A DNA stretch of 64,000 nt from Candidatus Methylomirabilales bacterium (lineage in GTDB: Bacteria > Methylomirabilota > Methylomirabilia > Methylomirabilales > CSP1-5), in NCBI GenBank assembly GCA_046758505.1, contig JBHIAH010000003.1, positions 28,178 through 92,177 on the forward strand, given 5' to 3'. The position numbers and the translations under genes are program-made. Below are positions 26,426 to 36,541 of the stretch, one piece after another. Within the stretch, counting starts at the first letter, position 1. Each line of letters begins with the position of its first letter. Below the pieces are notes generated by a model, which saw nothing but the letters and a program-made list of their open reading frames with translations, did not search any database and was not told the DNA's origin.

Positions 26426-27241
26426 ATGAAGAAGACGAAAGGCGAGATCAATGAGGGCCGCTTCACGGTCCCGTATAGAATCTATGGGGACGCCGAGAAG
26501 AGCATCGTCTGTGTCAGTGGCGCCCAGCAAACCATGGCCATATGGCGGTCCTTCGTATTACACTTCTCCAGGGACTATCGTGTCGTCGTTTTCGATCCTC
26601 CGGGGCAGGGGCACGCACGGATTCTGTCCGGCCCCACCGCTATATCTTTAGACGAACAGGTCGAGGTGCTCCGTAAGATCGTGTTCGCAACGCATCGTGA
26701 TGATCCGGTGATCCTCGCGGCGGCTTCCTGGGGAACCATTGTGGCGGCCGGGTTTACGGCGCGATACCCTGGGATGGTCCGCAAACTTCTGCTCGGCAGC
26801 TTCGGGATCAAACCGAATAAGAAGATGCTCGATATCATCAAAGAAGGGCAAACGTTGCATGAACAGAAGCGAGGTCATCAGATCGCTCAATTGATTGTAG
26901 AAAATTTCGGACACCGATTGAATGATACTTACAAGAACAGAATACTTGACCAGTTCCTCCGCATGGACCAGGAGCAGTTTGGGTCATTTTACGCAATGTC
27001 TGAGCTCATAGAAAATGCAAGGGACATCAACGATCACGTGCCATTACACAATATTACAGCACAGACCTTGGTCATCAACGGTGAATACGATGACATTATT
27101 GATCTGGAGGATGCTGACATTGTGGCCACTCGCATCCCCGATTGCGAAGTCAGAATTGTGCAAGGGGCCGGACATTTTTTACATCATGAACGCGAACGGG
27201 ACGACATTCTGCAGATGTACGGTGAGTTCTTTTCTCGATGA
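26426..27241 (+). CDS. alpha/beta hydrolase of the RhlA/PhaG-like subfamily (3-hydroxyacyl-ACP transacylase / HAA synthase-like)
   Basis: The start is set at MKKTKGEINEGRF (RBS GGGGAG). It has the nucleophile motif AASWGT instead of the canonical GxSxG, as in RhlA (SASWGG, from memory). Other RhlA-like matches are VVFDPPGQGHAR, NKKMLDIIKEGQTL and INGEYDDIIDLEDA...IPDCEVRIVQGAGHFLHHE. The in-frame upstream ATG at 26120 is an alternative start. Confidence 0.65.
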   Translation: MKKTKGEINEGRFTVPYRIYGDAEKSIVCVSGAQQTMAIWRSFVLHFSRDYRVVVFDPPGQGHARILSGPTAISLDEQVEVLRKIVFATHRDDPVILAAASWGTIVAAGFTARYPGMVRKLLLGSFGIKPNKKMLDIIKEGQTLHEQKRGHQIAQLIVENFGHRLNDTYKNRILDQFLRMDQEQFGSFYAMSELIENARDINDHVPLHNITAQTLVINGEYDDIIDLEDADIVATRIPDCEVRIVQGAGHFLHHERERDDILQMYGEFFSR

Positions 27242-27314
27242 CGCTCCCCGTTGCGGGAGGTGGTGCGGCGTGTCGTGCCCCAACATGTGACCGAGCCGGG
27301 CAGCGACGGGGCCG

Positions 27315-27956
27315 TCACACCGAGGAGATACCGTGCTTGGCTGCAAACTGGATCAATTCCGCATTCGTGCGCAGTCCGAGATCTTCCATCATGCGGTACT
27401 TGTGAAATTCCACCGTCCTGGGAGATATATTCAGATGAGAGGCGATTTCCTTTGCGGACCAACCTTCGGCGATCAACTGGAGCACCTCGCGCTGCCGAAG
27501 TGTCAGTTTGTGAAGGGGATCGTCGCGTTGGCGGGATCGATCCATGAAAGACTGGAGCACATCTTTCGCAATCATGGGGGTCACATACGTCCGGCCCCTC
27601 AGGGCTTCACGAATCGCCGCGATCAGTTCGGAGGGTGCCGAGTGTTTCAAGACGTAACCCGATGCGCCGGCTTCAAAGGCCCGCGTCGCATACGTCACAT
27701 CAGGGTGCATGGTTAAAAAGATGACCTTCGCCCGCGAGTCGGCCTTCTTGAGTTGTCGGGCGGCTTCGATGCCGTTGAGCAACGGCATGGAAATGTCCGC
27801 CACGATCACATCCGGATCCAGCTCCTTTGCCGCCCCCACCAGCGCCCGGCCGTCTTCTACGGTCCCTACGAGCTCGAACTCCGGTTCCAGAAGACTTCGG
27901 AGTCCCTCGACGACGATCCTGTGATCATCGGCCAGAAGCACGCGCGGCCGTTTCAT
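27315..27956 (-). CDS. NarL/FixJ-family response regulator (REC + LuxR HTH)
   Basis: 213 aa with LLADDH, the phospho-acceptor context IVADISMP, and a C-terminal LuxR HTH. The start overlaps the kinase stop (ATGA). Confidence 0.9.
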   Translation of the reverse strand: MKRPRVLLADDHRIVVEGLRSLLEPEFELVGTVEDGRALVGAAKELDPDVIVADISMPLLNGIEAARQLKKADSRAKVIFLTMHPDVTYATRAFEAGASGYVLKHSAPSELIAAIREALRGRTYVTPMIAKDVLQSFMDRSRQRDDPLHKLTLRQREVLQLIAEGWSAKEIASHLNISPRTVEFHKYRMMEDLGLRTNAELIQFAAKHGISSV

Positions 27957-29968
27957 ACCTCCCTCCTCGTCAAAGGTACGCGGACCTCGATCGCTGTCCC
28001 TTGTCCCGGCCGAGACTGCACGAACAGTTCGCCCTCAACCAGCCGGGCTCGCTCTTCCATGCTGGCCAAGCCCAGCCCCGCTTTCCCGCGCACGTGCGCG
28101 GGATCGAACCCGACGCCAGCATCCTCGATGGAGAGAAGGATATCGCTGCCGTTTCCCGCCAGGCTGATATGAGCCTTCTTCGTTTGAGCATGTTTTGCGA
28201 TGTTCCTCAGACCTTCTTGTGCAATGCGATATAAACAGAGGGCCACATCCCGGGGAAGGCCCGGGGGGACATCCTGTGGCTCATACTTGACCGAGATACC
28301 TTCCCGCTGCGAAAAGCTGCTGCACTCGGCCTCGATCGCGTTGACCAATCCCAGATCATCGAGGATCGAGGGGTGAAGCTGGCGAGAGATGACATGGACA
28401 TCCGCAGATAGCTTCACCACTTGCTCTTTCATTTTCCGAAGCTTCCCAACGATGGGATCTCCTGATGACTCCAGATGTTGTTCGAGCTTCCCGGCTTCGA
28501 TGGCAAGCACGGCCAATCTTTGGGTCAAATCGTCGTGGAGCTCGCGGGCCAACCGCCGACGCTCCTCTTCCTGGGCGGACAGCAGTTTCCCCGTGAGCAT
28601 GTGGAGACCCTTTTCGCTCTTTCGAAGGGCCGCCTCGCTCTCCCGGAGCGCCTCGTCAGCCCGCTTGCGCTCGGTGATGTCCCGCCAGACCGACCGGCTT
28701 TGGACAATCCTCCCTTCCTCGTCCCGGACCGCAGAGACGCTCAAGCTCACTCCAAGCTTACTCCCATCTTTCCGTCTCAATTGAAGTTCCCTGTCACGCA
28801 CCTCCCCGGCCTCCTGGAATTCCTGGAATGTTTCCTTTGCGTCCTCCAGGCAATCGAGGTGGTACATCTCAAAGATGTGGCGACTGAGAATCTCTTCCTT
28901 CGCGTATCCCGTCTTGGCCACCAACATCCGGTTGCACCGCGCGATTGCCCCCGTTGCTGCATCCACCGAACAAAACATGTCTGGCGCGTTCTCGTAAAGA
29001 TCTCGATATTGTTCTTCGGACACCCGCAGTGCCTGCTCCGCCCGCTTGCGATGCACAATTTCAGCCTCAAGGTCTCGACTGGTTTCTGTGAGTTCCTGGG
29101 TGCGAAACTCCACTTCTCGGCGAAGGACGGCCGGCTGTCGGACGAGGTAATAGATGAGACCCGCAACCGCACTGCTCGCCAGGACCACCAGGACGATCTC
29201 TCCCGGCAGCGACGATGAGTAGGGCCATCCGCCCCGGGGCGCGACCGCCAACGTCCATCTTCCATTCGGTACTTCGATCTCAAACGGAATGGCGTCCCGG
29301 AGGTCCGCCTTGGCCGACCGCGCAAATACGACCCGCGCTCTTCTGTCCGGGTCAATGCGCGAGAGTTCATAGTCGTAGCCCCGCTCAACCAGGCGGTTCA
29401 GCTTGCTTACCTCAAGCAAGTCGGCCAGGTGAATCAGGGCGATCGTGAAGCCCCAGAATCGGTCGCCCCCAGTTTCATCGGGGACAAAAACTGGCAAGCG
29501 GCCGATGACAGCCACGCCACCCTGAATCAAGGTGAATGGTCCGGCCAGCGTCAATGTGCGCGATTCAATCGCCTTCCAGGCCTCGGTCCGCCGCCGGGGG
29601 TCGTTCAAGAGGTCATGGCCGATCGCCGCTTCGTTGCCCGCCAACGGATATATCTGCGTGACCACGCTGTTGGGTGCCAGCTGTAAGCTATTGATCCCTC
29701 CATAGCTTTTGATGATCTCGGCCGCGAGGGCGTCGAAGTTATCGATCCTTCCGCTCTGGTGCACAATCGAGGCGAGGGCAAACGTCGATGACAGCGAGCG
29801 GTCGAGTTGCCGCTCCAGCAGATGGGCGTGGGCACTGCCGATCTCCCTGGTCATGTGGTGGTATGCATCGGCATGGCGACGCTCGGCGACATTGGTAAAG
29901 GCGCCTCCGGCCGCCAGTACCACGAAAAACGCGATGGCCGACAGAAATACCGGGTGAAGTTTAGTCAC
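27953..29968 (-). CDS. sensor histidine kinase with periplasmic CHASE-like domain, PAS domain and HisKA_3/HATPase_c
   Basis: 671 aa. There are two TM helices around a CHASE-like periplasmic region (AIGHDLLNDPRRRTEAWKAIE...LTLAGPFTLIQGG) and a PAS domain (YRDLYENAPDMFCSVD). The H-box is ELHDDLTQRLA and the G-boxes are DAGVGFD and GLGLASMEERA. Confidence 0.85.
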   Translation of the reverse strand: MTKLHPVFLSAIAFFVVLAAGGAFTNVAERRHADAYHHMTREIGSAHAHLLERQLDRSLSSTFALASIVHQSGRIDNFDALAAEIIKSYGGINSLQLAPNSVVTQIYPLAGNEAAIGHDLLNDPRRRTEAWKAIESRTLTLAGPFTLIQGGVAVIGRLPVFVPDETGGDRFWGFTIALIHLADLLEVSKLNRLVERGYDYELSRIDPDRRARVVFARSAKADLRDAIPFEIEVPNGRWTLAVAPRGGWPYSSSLPGEIVLVVLASSAVAGLIYYLVRQPAVLRREVEFRTQELTETSRDLEAEIVHRKRAEQALRVSEEQYRDLYENAPDMFCSVDAATGAIARCNRMLVAKTGYAKEEILSRHIFEMYHLDCLEDAKETFQEFQEAGEVRDRELQLRRKDGSKLGVSLSVSAVRDEEGRIVQSRSVWRDITERKRADEALRESEAALRKSEKGLHMLTGKLLSAQEEERRRLARELHDDLTQRLAVLAIEAGKLEQHLESSGDPIVGKLRKMKEQVVKLSADVHVISRQLHPSILDDLGLVNAIEAECSSFSQREGISVKYEPQDVPPGLPRDVALCLYRIAQEGLRNIAKHAQTKKAHISLAGNGSDILLSIEDAGVGFDPAHVRGKAGLGLASMEERARLVEGELFVQSRPGQGTAIEVRVPLTRREV

Positions 29969-30161
29969 AATGAAGGTCCGGTCAGACGTTGGCTTGGTAT
30001 CCCACGTCCTCGGTACTCGATCCGGGCCCGCCGCGTCCCATACATCCGGACGGCGCGCCCTGGATCGACGACGACTTTTGCATACCCCCCCTTTCCGGGA
30101 GGAGATTCAGTATGCCCGGCGGGGCAACGAGTGTCAAGGCATGTCCCCATTCGTGTTGAGC

Positions 30162-30566
30162 TCATCTGCCGGAGCGCCTTCGACCTAGGAAAATTCCCAG
30201 GAACAACCCGATGATCAAGGCCCCGGCCCATTTCCTCTCGTCCCCAATCGCTACGAACCGGGTGCCTTCCGACGTCACCTCCACGACCCCGACGGGGCTG
30301 GCGGTCAACCCTGCCCCTCCGCCCTCCTCAGCCCCCTCGTTCTGTGCCTTGCTTTCACCCTTCTTCTTTTTGTTTCTGGAACACCCACAGAAGCCATACG
30401 CCACGCGAGCCACAGGAACAATGGTCTTGCCCTCAGCCACCATGGGTTCTCCATACACGGTCTTGACATTGGCACTCTTCTGCAAACGCTCCCCGAGGGA
30501 CTGGAAAAACTGTTGGATGCTCACGACATCGCTCCTCATGACAGAAGGTTTTGCCAGCACGCTCAT
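30162..30566 (-). CDS. GerW/YtfJ-family protein
   Basis: 134 aa. The pattern VYGEPMVAEGKTIVPVARVAYGF, then a Gly/Lys-rich linker, then PVGVVEVTSEGTRF is typical of the sporulation-protein YtfJ/GerW family. A C-terminal TM helix follows. Confidence 0.6.
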   Translation of the reverse strand: MSVLAKPSVMRSDVVSIQQFFQSLGERLQKSANVKTVYGEPMVAEGKTIVPVARVAYGFCGCSRNKKKKGESKAQNEGAEEGGGAGLTASPVGVVEVTSEGTRFVAIGDERKWAGALIIGLFLGIFLGRRRSGR

Positions 30567-30769
30567 GGCTCCTCATTGCAGAACCCCTGATCGGGCGGGC
30601 GTCCGTTTCTCAGGGGATTCTTCGGGAGATTTTCCGCCGCTCCCGAAAGCCATGCCCGTCCTCCCCCCTCGCGATCCTCAACCCGCCTTTCCCCGGTGTC
30701 TCCGTGGGGCGGCCATTATACACCAAGACCCCGCTATTCTTCTCAGGTCCCCCACGGCGCCCACTGTCG

Positions 30770-32149
30770 CTAGGCAGAGCGCGGATCCAGCGTCACCAAG
30801 ACACCATGCCGCGGCCGGAGGGCGATCATCGGGTGCGGCTCGACCGGGTGGCCAGGGACGGGGGCCAGCCGGTAAATCTGAGCCACCATCGCCACAATCA
30901 GCTGGGCTTCCATCAGGGCAAAGTGCATGCCCATGCACATGCGCGGCCCGCCCCCAAAGGGAAAATAGGCGTACCGCGGGCGCGACGCGACCCGCTCTGG
31001 CGTAAAGCGCTCCGGGTCGAAGGCCTCGGGATCCTCCCAGAAGGCCGGGTGGCGGTGCATCACATACGGGCTGAGCAGGACCACGGAGTCTGCGGGGATA
31101 TGATAGCCGCCGATCTCATCATCTTCGATCGGGCTGCGCGCGGTGAGCCAAGTCGGGGGGTAGAGCCGCATCGCCTCCTCGATCACCATCCGGACGTACG
31201 GAAGGTGGGCAAGGTCGTGAAAGGCCGGGGCCCCCCCGCCCAGGACCGCGGCGAGTTTCCCGTGAAGCCGGCGTTGCATGTGGGGGTACATGGTAAGCAA
31301 GTGCCAGGTCCACGCCAGCGCATTGGCCGTCGGTTCGTGTCCAGCGATAAAGAGTGTCATCACCTGGTCACGGACTTCCGCATCGCTCAGCCCCTCACCC
31401 GTCTCCGCGTCGCGCGCGGACAGCAGCATGGAAAGGAGGTCGCCGGTCTCGTGCGCGCTTTTGCGGCGGGCGGCGATCATGCGGTACGCGATCCGGTCCA
31501 GGGTGCGCAGGGCATGCCGAAACTGCCGGTTGCGGGGCGTGGGCATGTGCTCGCCCAGATCGCAAAAGGCCCATGCCCGATCGTTGACATACTCCAGGGC
31601 AATTGTCAGGGCGCGGCGCACCGCGTCCACCTCCCCCTCTACGTCGGTACTGAAGAGCGTTTTGACGGCGATGCCCTGGGTTAGACGCATCATCTCAGCC
31701 GCAATATCGAGCGCCTCGCCCCGCGCCGCGACGGCCCGCCAACGCTCCAGCATCGTCGCCGTGGCGTCGGTCATAACCCGAGCCAGCGCCGCGATCCGCT
31801 GCGGAGAAAAGGCCGGTTCCATCAGGTGCCGTTGGCGACGCCAGAGGTCGCCCTCGCTCACGGTCACCCCCTCGCCGAAGAGGACCTTGACCTTTTCGAC
31901 GCGCGTCGGTTTGCGGTAGTTGCGGTAATGGTCCTGCAGAACGTATTTCACGTGGTCGGGGTGGTTTAGCAGGTAGACCCGGTGAAACCCCAGACGCAGG
32001 GAGACCACATCGCCATACTGCCGCGCAGCACCGAGGAAGAACTCGAGCGGGTTCTTCCACGCCTGGGGCAGCACACCCAGAAGGGGGAAGCCGCGGGGGC
32101 CGGGGGCAGCCTTGAGCGCGGGGACACCGGGTGAGAGAACGCTGCTCAT
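30770..32149 (-). CDS. cytochrome P450
   Basis: 459 aa with the heme-binding loop FPFGGGPRMCMGMHFA, the ExxR motif (EEAMRLYPP) and the I-helix motif FIAGHEPT. Confidence 0.9.
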   Translation of the reverse strand: MSSVLSPGVPALKAAPGPRGFPLLGVLPQAWKNPLEFFLGAARQYGDVVSLRLGFHRVYLLNHPDHVKYVLQDHYRNYRKPTRVEKVKVLFGEGVTVSEGDLWRRQRHLMEPAFSPQRIAALARVMTDATATMLERWRAVAARGEALDIAAEMMRLTQGIAVKTLFSTDVEGEVDAVRRALTIALEYVNDRAWAFCDLGEHMPTPRNRQFRHALRTLDRIAYRMIAARRKSAHETGDLLSMLLSARDAETGEGLSDAEVRDQVMTLFIAGHEPTANALAWTWHLLTMYPHMQRRLHGKLAAVLGGGAPAFHDLAHLPYVRMVIEEAMRLYPPTWLTARSPIEDDEIGGYHIPADSVVLLSPYVMHRHPAFWEDPEAFDPERFTPERVASRPRYAYFPFGGGPRMCMGMHFALMEAQLIVAMVAQIYRLAPVPGHPVEPHPMIALRPRHGVLVTLDPRSA

Positions 32150-32178
32150 TATCTTCTCTCTACTCTATCCGGCAAACG

Positions 32179-33042
32179 CTACGTTCTATCCAGAGCCATC
32201 TCGATCCGCGCGTGGTGGGCACGGATCGGATCAAGGAATCCCACCCTTGCCGGATCGTTGGTACGGAGCCTCAGGGCATACGGGCCCTCTCCCCGGTCGT
32301 TCAGGGCGTCACAAAGAGGACCCCCTTTCCCCGGCGGCTCGGCCAGGGAAAGGGAGGTAGAGCCGAGGACAAAGTCCACCGTGGGCACGTCCCGCCATCG
32401 CGGGGCAGCGTCCCGCGAAGGGCCCACACCGAGCAGCGTGTGATACCGGGATACACTGATATCACGGTTAACCACCAGTACTAAGACGTCTGTAATCCCC
32501 GTCACGCCGCTCCCGTGCCGCCGGGCGGCGCCACCGGGGACACGCAACGACCTCGGCGTCACATCGGCACACAGAAAGGGCAGATCGTAGGTGTCGGGAA
32601 TGCCGAACTGCCAGGAGACCTGCTGCCCATCCGGCCGCGATCGGCCTCCGGACAGGGGGCCCTCAACGGCAAGCCCGCGACCCCGCGCTTCGGCGACCGC
32701 CGCCTCGATCGCCGACGGGAGCAGCGCAAAGTCCACCAACCCCTCCCCGGCACTTTGCCACGGTCGCACGCGGCGCTCGGCGGGTGACACCGGAAGGGTG
32801 CTTAATTCATGCGCGCGGATCTGTTTCGGGACTCTGCGATCCGGAGAGGCGGGCCGGTCTGTGAAGGCGATCAACTCCAGGTAGCTACCGTCCGCAAAGG
32901 CGATCAGTGCGTTATGGCTTCCCCGGCCCGTATGCTCACCCCCCGCGACGACGGAAAAGCCGAGACCAGCGTAGTCCTCGGTCGCGACGGCAAGGTCGTC
33001 AACCAGGATGACGACATGGTCGAGGCGAAACGTGACTCCCAT
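32179..33042 (-). CDS. glyoxalase-like (VOC superfamily) domain protein
   Basis: 287 aa. The N-terminus LDHVVILVDDLAVATEDYAGLGFSVVAGGEHTGRGSHNALIAFADGSYLELI fits the Glyoxalase-like fold. Confidence 0.55.
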   Translation of the reverse strand: MGVTFRLDHVVILVDDLAVATEDYAGLGFSVVAGGEHTGRGSHNALIAFADGSYLELIAFTDRPASPDRRVPKQIRAHELSTLPVSPAERRVRPWQSAGEGLVDFALLPSAIEAAVAEARGRGLAVEGPLSGGRSRPDGQQVSWQFGIPDTYDLPFLCADVTPRSLRVPGGAARRHGSGVTGITDVLVLVVNRDISVSRYHTLLGVGPSRDAAPRWRDVPTVDFVLGSTSLSLAEPPGKGGPLCDALNDRGEGPYALRLRTNDPARVGFLDPIRAHHARIEMALDRT

Positions 33043-33165
33043 TCCAGCTCACATGCGTTTGCGTTGCAGGTTACAGATTGGCACCGATGCCGGAACCCTC
33101 GCCGCTCACGTGCCGCCCCGGCGATGCGGACCGTCTGGCCCAAAGGCGAGCCTCGCTGGTTCGGC

Positions 33166-34173
33166 TCACTTTCGCAAACGATCGACCGTCACCGCGTTGG
33201 GGCACGCACGCCCCTGTTCACAGTCACTCAGATTGGCGAGGGTCGTCTCGGCAATACTTCGAAGGGCCTGTTCCGTAAAAAAGGCCTGATGGCCGGTGAT
33301 AATGACGTTTGGAAAGGTGAGCAGGCGCGCAAAGACATCATCCTGGATCACCCGACCGGACAGATCCTCGAAGAACAGATCCGCTTCTTCCTCGTAGACG
33401 TCCAGACCAAGATACCCGATTTGCCCCGACTTCAGGGCGTCAATGACCGCCCCAGTGTCAATGACGGCGCCGCGGCTCGTATTGATCAACATGACGCCGG
33501 GTTTCATCTGGCCCAGCACTGCAGGATTGATCAGATGATGCGTGTCAGGCGTCAGCGGGCAGTGCAGGGTCACGATATCCGATCTGGCGAGAAGCTCCGA
33601 GAGCGACACGTAATGCACGCCCAGCGCCTCACACTCGGGATTGCGGAAGGGATCGTGCGCCTGCAACTGACACCCAAATCCTTTCATGATTCGCGCAATG
33701 ACGGCGCCGATCTTCCCCGTGCCCACGATTCCGACCGTCCGGCCGCAGAGGTCGAATCCCAGGAGCCCCTCGAGGGCAAAGTTGCCTTCTCGAACCCGGG
33801 CATGGGCTCGATGAATCTTTCGGTTAAGCGCCAGGATCAAGGCCACCGCGTGTTCGGCCACCGCGTGGGGTGAATAGGCGGGGACGCGCACAACGCTCAG
33901 TCCCAGGTCGGCGGCGGCTGCCAGATCCACGTTATTGAATCCGGCACAGCGCAGGGCAATCACGCGAGTCCCCTGGCGGGCAAGCGCCCCCAACACGCTC
34001 GCATCCAGCCGATCGTTCACGAACACGCACACCGCCGGGAATCCCGCCGCGAGCGTGCTCGTCTCGTGCGTCAGATGCGGCTCGAAAAAGACAAGGCCGT
34101 GGCCGTGTGCCGCATTGGCGGCCTCCAGAAAGGTTCGATCGTAGGGCTTCGTGCTAAAGACTGCGACCTTCAT
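33166..34173 (-). CDS. D-lactate / D-2-hydroxyacid dehydrogenase
   Basis: The start is set at [12 protein letters not shown] (ATG 34173). NAD motif [11 protein letters not shown] and the catalytic Arg/Glu/His context ([22 protein letters not shown]) are present. The upstream 36 codons are unsupported. Confidence 0.85.
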   Translation of the reverse strand: MKVAVFSTKPYDRTFLEAANAAHGHGLVFFEPHLTHETSTLAAGFPAVCVFVNDRLDASVLGALARQGTRVIALRCAGFNNVDLAAAADLGLSVVRVPAYSPHAVAEHAVALILALNRKIHRAHARVREGNFALEGLLGFDLCGRTVGIVGTGKIGAVIARIMKGFGCQLQAHDPFRNPECEALGVHYVSLSELLARSDIVTLHCPLTPDTHHLINPAVLGQMKPGVMLINTSRGAVIDTGAVIDALKSGQIGYLGLDVYEEEADLFFEDLSGRVIQDDVFARLLTFPNVIITGHQAFFTEQALRSIAETTLANLSDCEQGRACPNAVTVDRLRK

Positions 34174-34373
34174 AGCGTCTCCCGTATCCCCTCCCGCCCT
34201 ACTTCGTCCAACGAGGGTAGCCCATTCTCCGTTCCCCGGTCCGCCTGCAGCCATTCGACCCCTCGAATCGTTCAGCGCCACAAGGAATAATGGATCGCCG
34301 TTCCACTGCCGACTTTCTCCCTTCCCTGCCAGGTGTTCCGGATGCTCAGGAAAGGACGTGCCGGATCGTTCAC

Positions 34374-35339
34374 TTAGATATTGATCTCGATCACGGTCGG
34401 GCAGTGGTCGGATGCCTTGGGATCATTTTGGCCAACCCCGTCGAACCTCGGACCCGTATATCGCGTCGCGCGCCTGGGCATGCCCCGCCGCTCGATCGCC
34501 GGGACCGCCTTCGGATTCGCACGCGCTAAGGCCTTTGAGAGCAAGAGGTAGTCGAGTTGCCTGTATTCACGCCTACCGTCATAGTAGTGTGTCCATCGCT
34601 CGTGCTCCGGCAAGCGCCCGACGACGTTCTCCACCCATGGCTGCCCCAAGAGCGGCTCGAGGCCTGCCGAGGGGAGGTAGTCGTTGAGATCACCCAGCAC
34701 CACCCACGCCGCCGTTCCCGGGTCGTTTCCAAACCGATCCTGCAGAATCCGACGGACCGCCTCGGCCTGCACCTTCCGCCGCGCCATCGTCCGGGCCCGC
34801 CCGCCGACCATGGATTTGAAGTGGTTCACGAACACCGGCAAGACGGTATGCCGGGAGAGCTGGATTCCCACCTCCAGGCAGTCCCGCGAGAACACAAAGC
34901 TCCTCCCCCCGCGGGTTCGCTCGAACTGGTGCGTGCGGATGTAGGCCAAAGGATACGTGCTCAAGAGCGCCACGTCGATGAGCCGCGGGTCGTTGCCGTC
35001 AATGAGCGCCTTGTACGTGTACCCGTGCCGCCCCAGAAACGCGCTGATAAATCGCTTCAGCGTGTCCATCCCCTCGATTTCTTGGAGACCGAGAATGTCC
35101 GCCTTGATCGCCTTCATGGCCTGCGCGGTGAGCTGCCGGTTTTGCTCCCTAAACGGCTTGAACCTGGTCTTATCAACCGTCCAGCCGTCCTTCACCACGT
35201 CCTGGAGCTCCTGCGGGCTGTACGGCCGATAGCGGTAGCCCCGCCTGCCGTCAGGCTTTTGGTATCGCTCCCGCACCCCCTTGAACCGAAAACGGGCAAA
35301 CAGGTTCTCCGCGTTGAACGTCCCGATGCGAACTTTCAT
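34374..35339 (-). CDS. endonuclease/exonuclease/phosphatase (EEP) family protein
   Basis: 321 aa with EEP-like motifs: N-terminal [24 protein letters not shown] and C-terminal [23 protein letters not shown]. Confidence 0.7.
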   Translation of the reverse strand: MKVRIGTFNAENLFARFRFKGVRERYQKPDGRRGYRYRPYSPQELQDVVKDGWTVDKTRFKPFREQNRQLTAQAMKAIKADILGLQEIEGMDTLKRFISAFLGRHGYTYKALIDGNDPRLIDVALLSTYPLAYIRTHQFERTRGGRSFVFSRDCLEVGIQLSRHTVLPVFVNHFKSMVGGRARTMARRKVQAEAVRRILQDRFGNDPGTAAWVVLGDLNDYLPSAGLEPLLGQPWVENVVGRLPEHERWTHYYDGRREYRQLDYLLLSKALARANPKAVPAIERRGMPRRATRYTGPRFDGVGQNDPKASDHCPTVIEINI

Positions 35340-35372
35340 GGGTCTCCCTCTCGTTCCCCCTTCTGGACCATC

Positions 35373-35879
35373 TTACTCGGTGTCGCAAGGCGGGTTTTTG
35401 ACCTTCAGGCTCTCGAGCGTCTGGGAGGTGAGGGCCGTCTCCAGTTTCCAGTGCGGATCCGCCTGGGCGTCCCCCTTCTTCATCAAGAGCCATTCCTTCC
35501 CTGTCCCCCGCCCCTTCATGAACGCCAAGGCGAAGGCGCCCTTGAGTTTTTTTCCCCGAAGTTCAAAGGCGAGCTTCCCGGCCTTGATTCCTTCGAGGGG
35601 ATCCCTCTCGAGCGGGACATAGGTCCCCTCGTCCCAGATGACCACAGGCCCCGCCCCATAGCTCCCCTCGGGGATGATCCCCTCAAAGTCGGCATACACC
35701 AGGGGATGGTCCGCCACCATCACCGCCAGCCGCTTCTCCGCCGGATTCATGGACGGGCCCTTGGGGACCGCCCACGACTTGAGGACCCCCCCCATCTCCA
35801 GCCGGAAATCGTAATGGAGTCGGGTGGCCTGGTGCTCGTGCACCACGAATTTCAGCGCCCGACTCGTTCTCCCACCCAT
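35373..35879 (-). CDS. stand-alone LigD-type 3-phosphoesterase (PE) domain protein
   Basis: 168 aa. KFVVHEHQATRLHYDFRLEMGGVLKSWAVPKGPS...HPLVYADFEGIIPEGSYGAG is the hallmark of the DNA ligase D phosphoesterase domain. No ligase or polymerase domain is attached. Confidence 0.8.
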   Translation of the reverse strand: MGGRTSRALKFVVHEHQATRLHYDFRLEMGGVLKSWAVPKGPSMNPAEKRLAVMVADHPLVYADFEGIIPEGSYGAGPVVIWDEGTYVPLERDPLEGIKAGKLAFELRGKKLKGAFALAFMKGRGTGKEWLLMKKGDAQADPHWKLETALTSQTLESLKVKNPPCDTE

Positions 35880-35959
35880 GAACTACTCCTTGGTCGAGGA
35901 CCGACGACCGGTAACCGTTAGTTGATGAGTGACGACGGAGGACCGTGAACAATGGGGAC

Positions 35960-36062
35960 GTCGAATTTCGGATTGCGAATTTCGAGTTTCTACGAACCGA
36001 GAACTACGAATCACCAATCACCGACCACTACCCACCAACCACGGTTTGTGAACCATGAACCC
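35960..36062. repeat. 103-bp inverted repeat, left arm
   Basis: This is the reverse complement of 41639-41741 with a single mismatch (AACTACGAA vs AACTGCGAA), compared base by base. It is built from concatenated mosaic-repeat modules. Confidence 0.95.
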
Positions 36063-36067
36063 CGATT

Positions 36068-36541
36068 TCACGCGTGCCACGCGAACAGGAACAAGGCAAT
36101 CAGCCCGAGCAAGAGGACGCCACCATTGAGAAGCACGGAGCGGCGGTGGAGCCTCTGGAAACGTTCCCGGAGTGCGGGGTCCGTTCCTGACGCCTCGATG
36201 TTTTCCACCTGAGCCCTCACCGTGACAATCTGGGGCCGCAGGATTCGGCCCATGTACAGAAACGTCCCGGTCATGACGGCAAGCACCAGGGCGACCACTC
36301 CCTGGCCCGATGCCCCCAGAAGGCTCAGGAGGAGGGCGGCGACGGTTCCCGCCGCGCCAGCGCCGTAGCCCAGCAGATAGTACTTGGGGAAGATATCCCG
36401 AACCACCTTCCCCCCGCCTGCGGTCCCGAGGACGGCAAAGATACTTGGCGAGGCGATGAAGGAGAAAAACGCGATCCCGCCAACCCACAGCGTCAGGCTG
36501 AGCAGTTCGATATAGCGCACGAGTCCCTCAAGAAGAGGCAT
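36068..36541 (-). CDS. DUF4149-like integral membrane protein
   Basis: 157 aa with four predicted TM helices. The N-terminal motif LSLTLWVGGIAFFSFIASPSIF resembles the DUF4149 family as I recall it. Confidence 0.55.
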   Translation of the reverse strand: MPLLEGLVRYIELLSLTLWVGGIAFFSFIASPSIFAVLGTAGGGKVVRDIFPKYYLLGYGAGAAGTVAALLLSLLGASGQGVVALVLAVMTGTFLYMGRILRPQIVTVRAQVENIEASGTDPALRERFQRLHRRSVLLNGGVLLLGLIALFLFAWHA

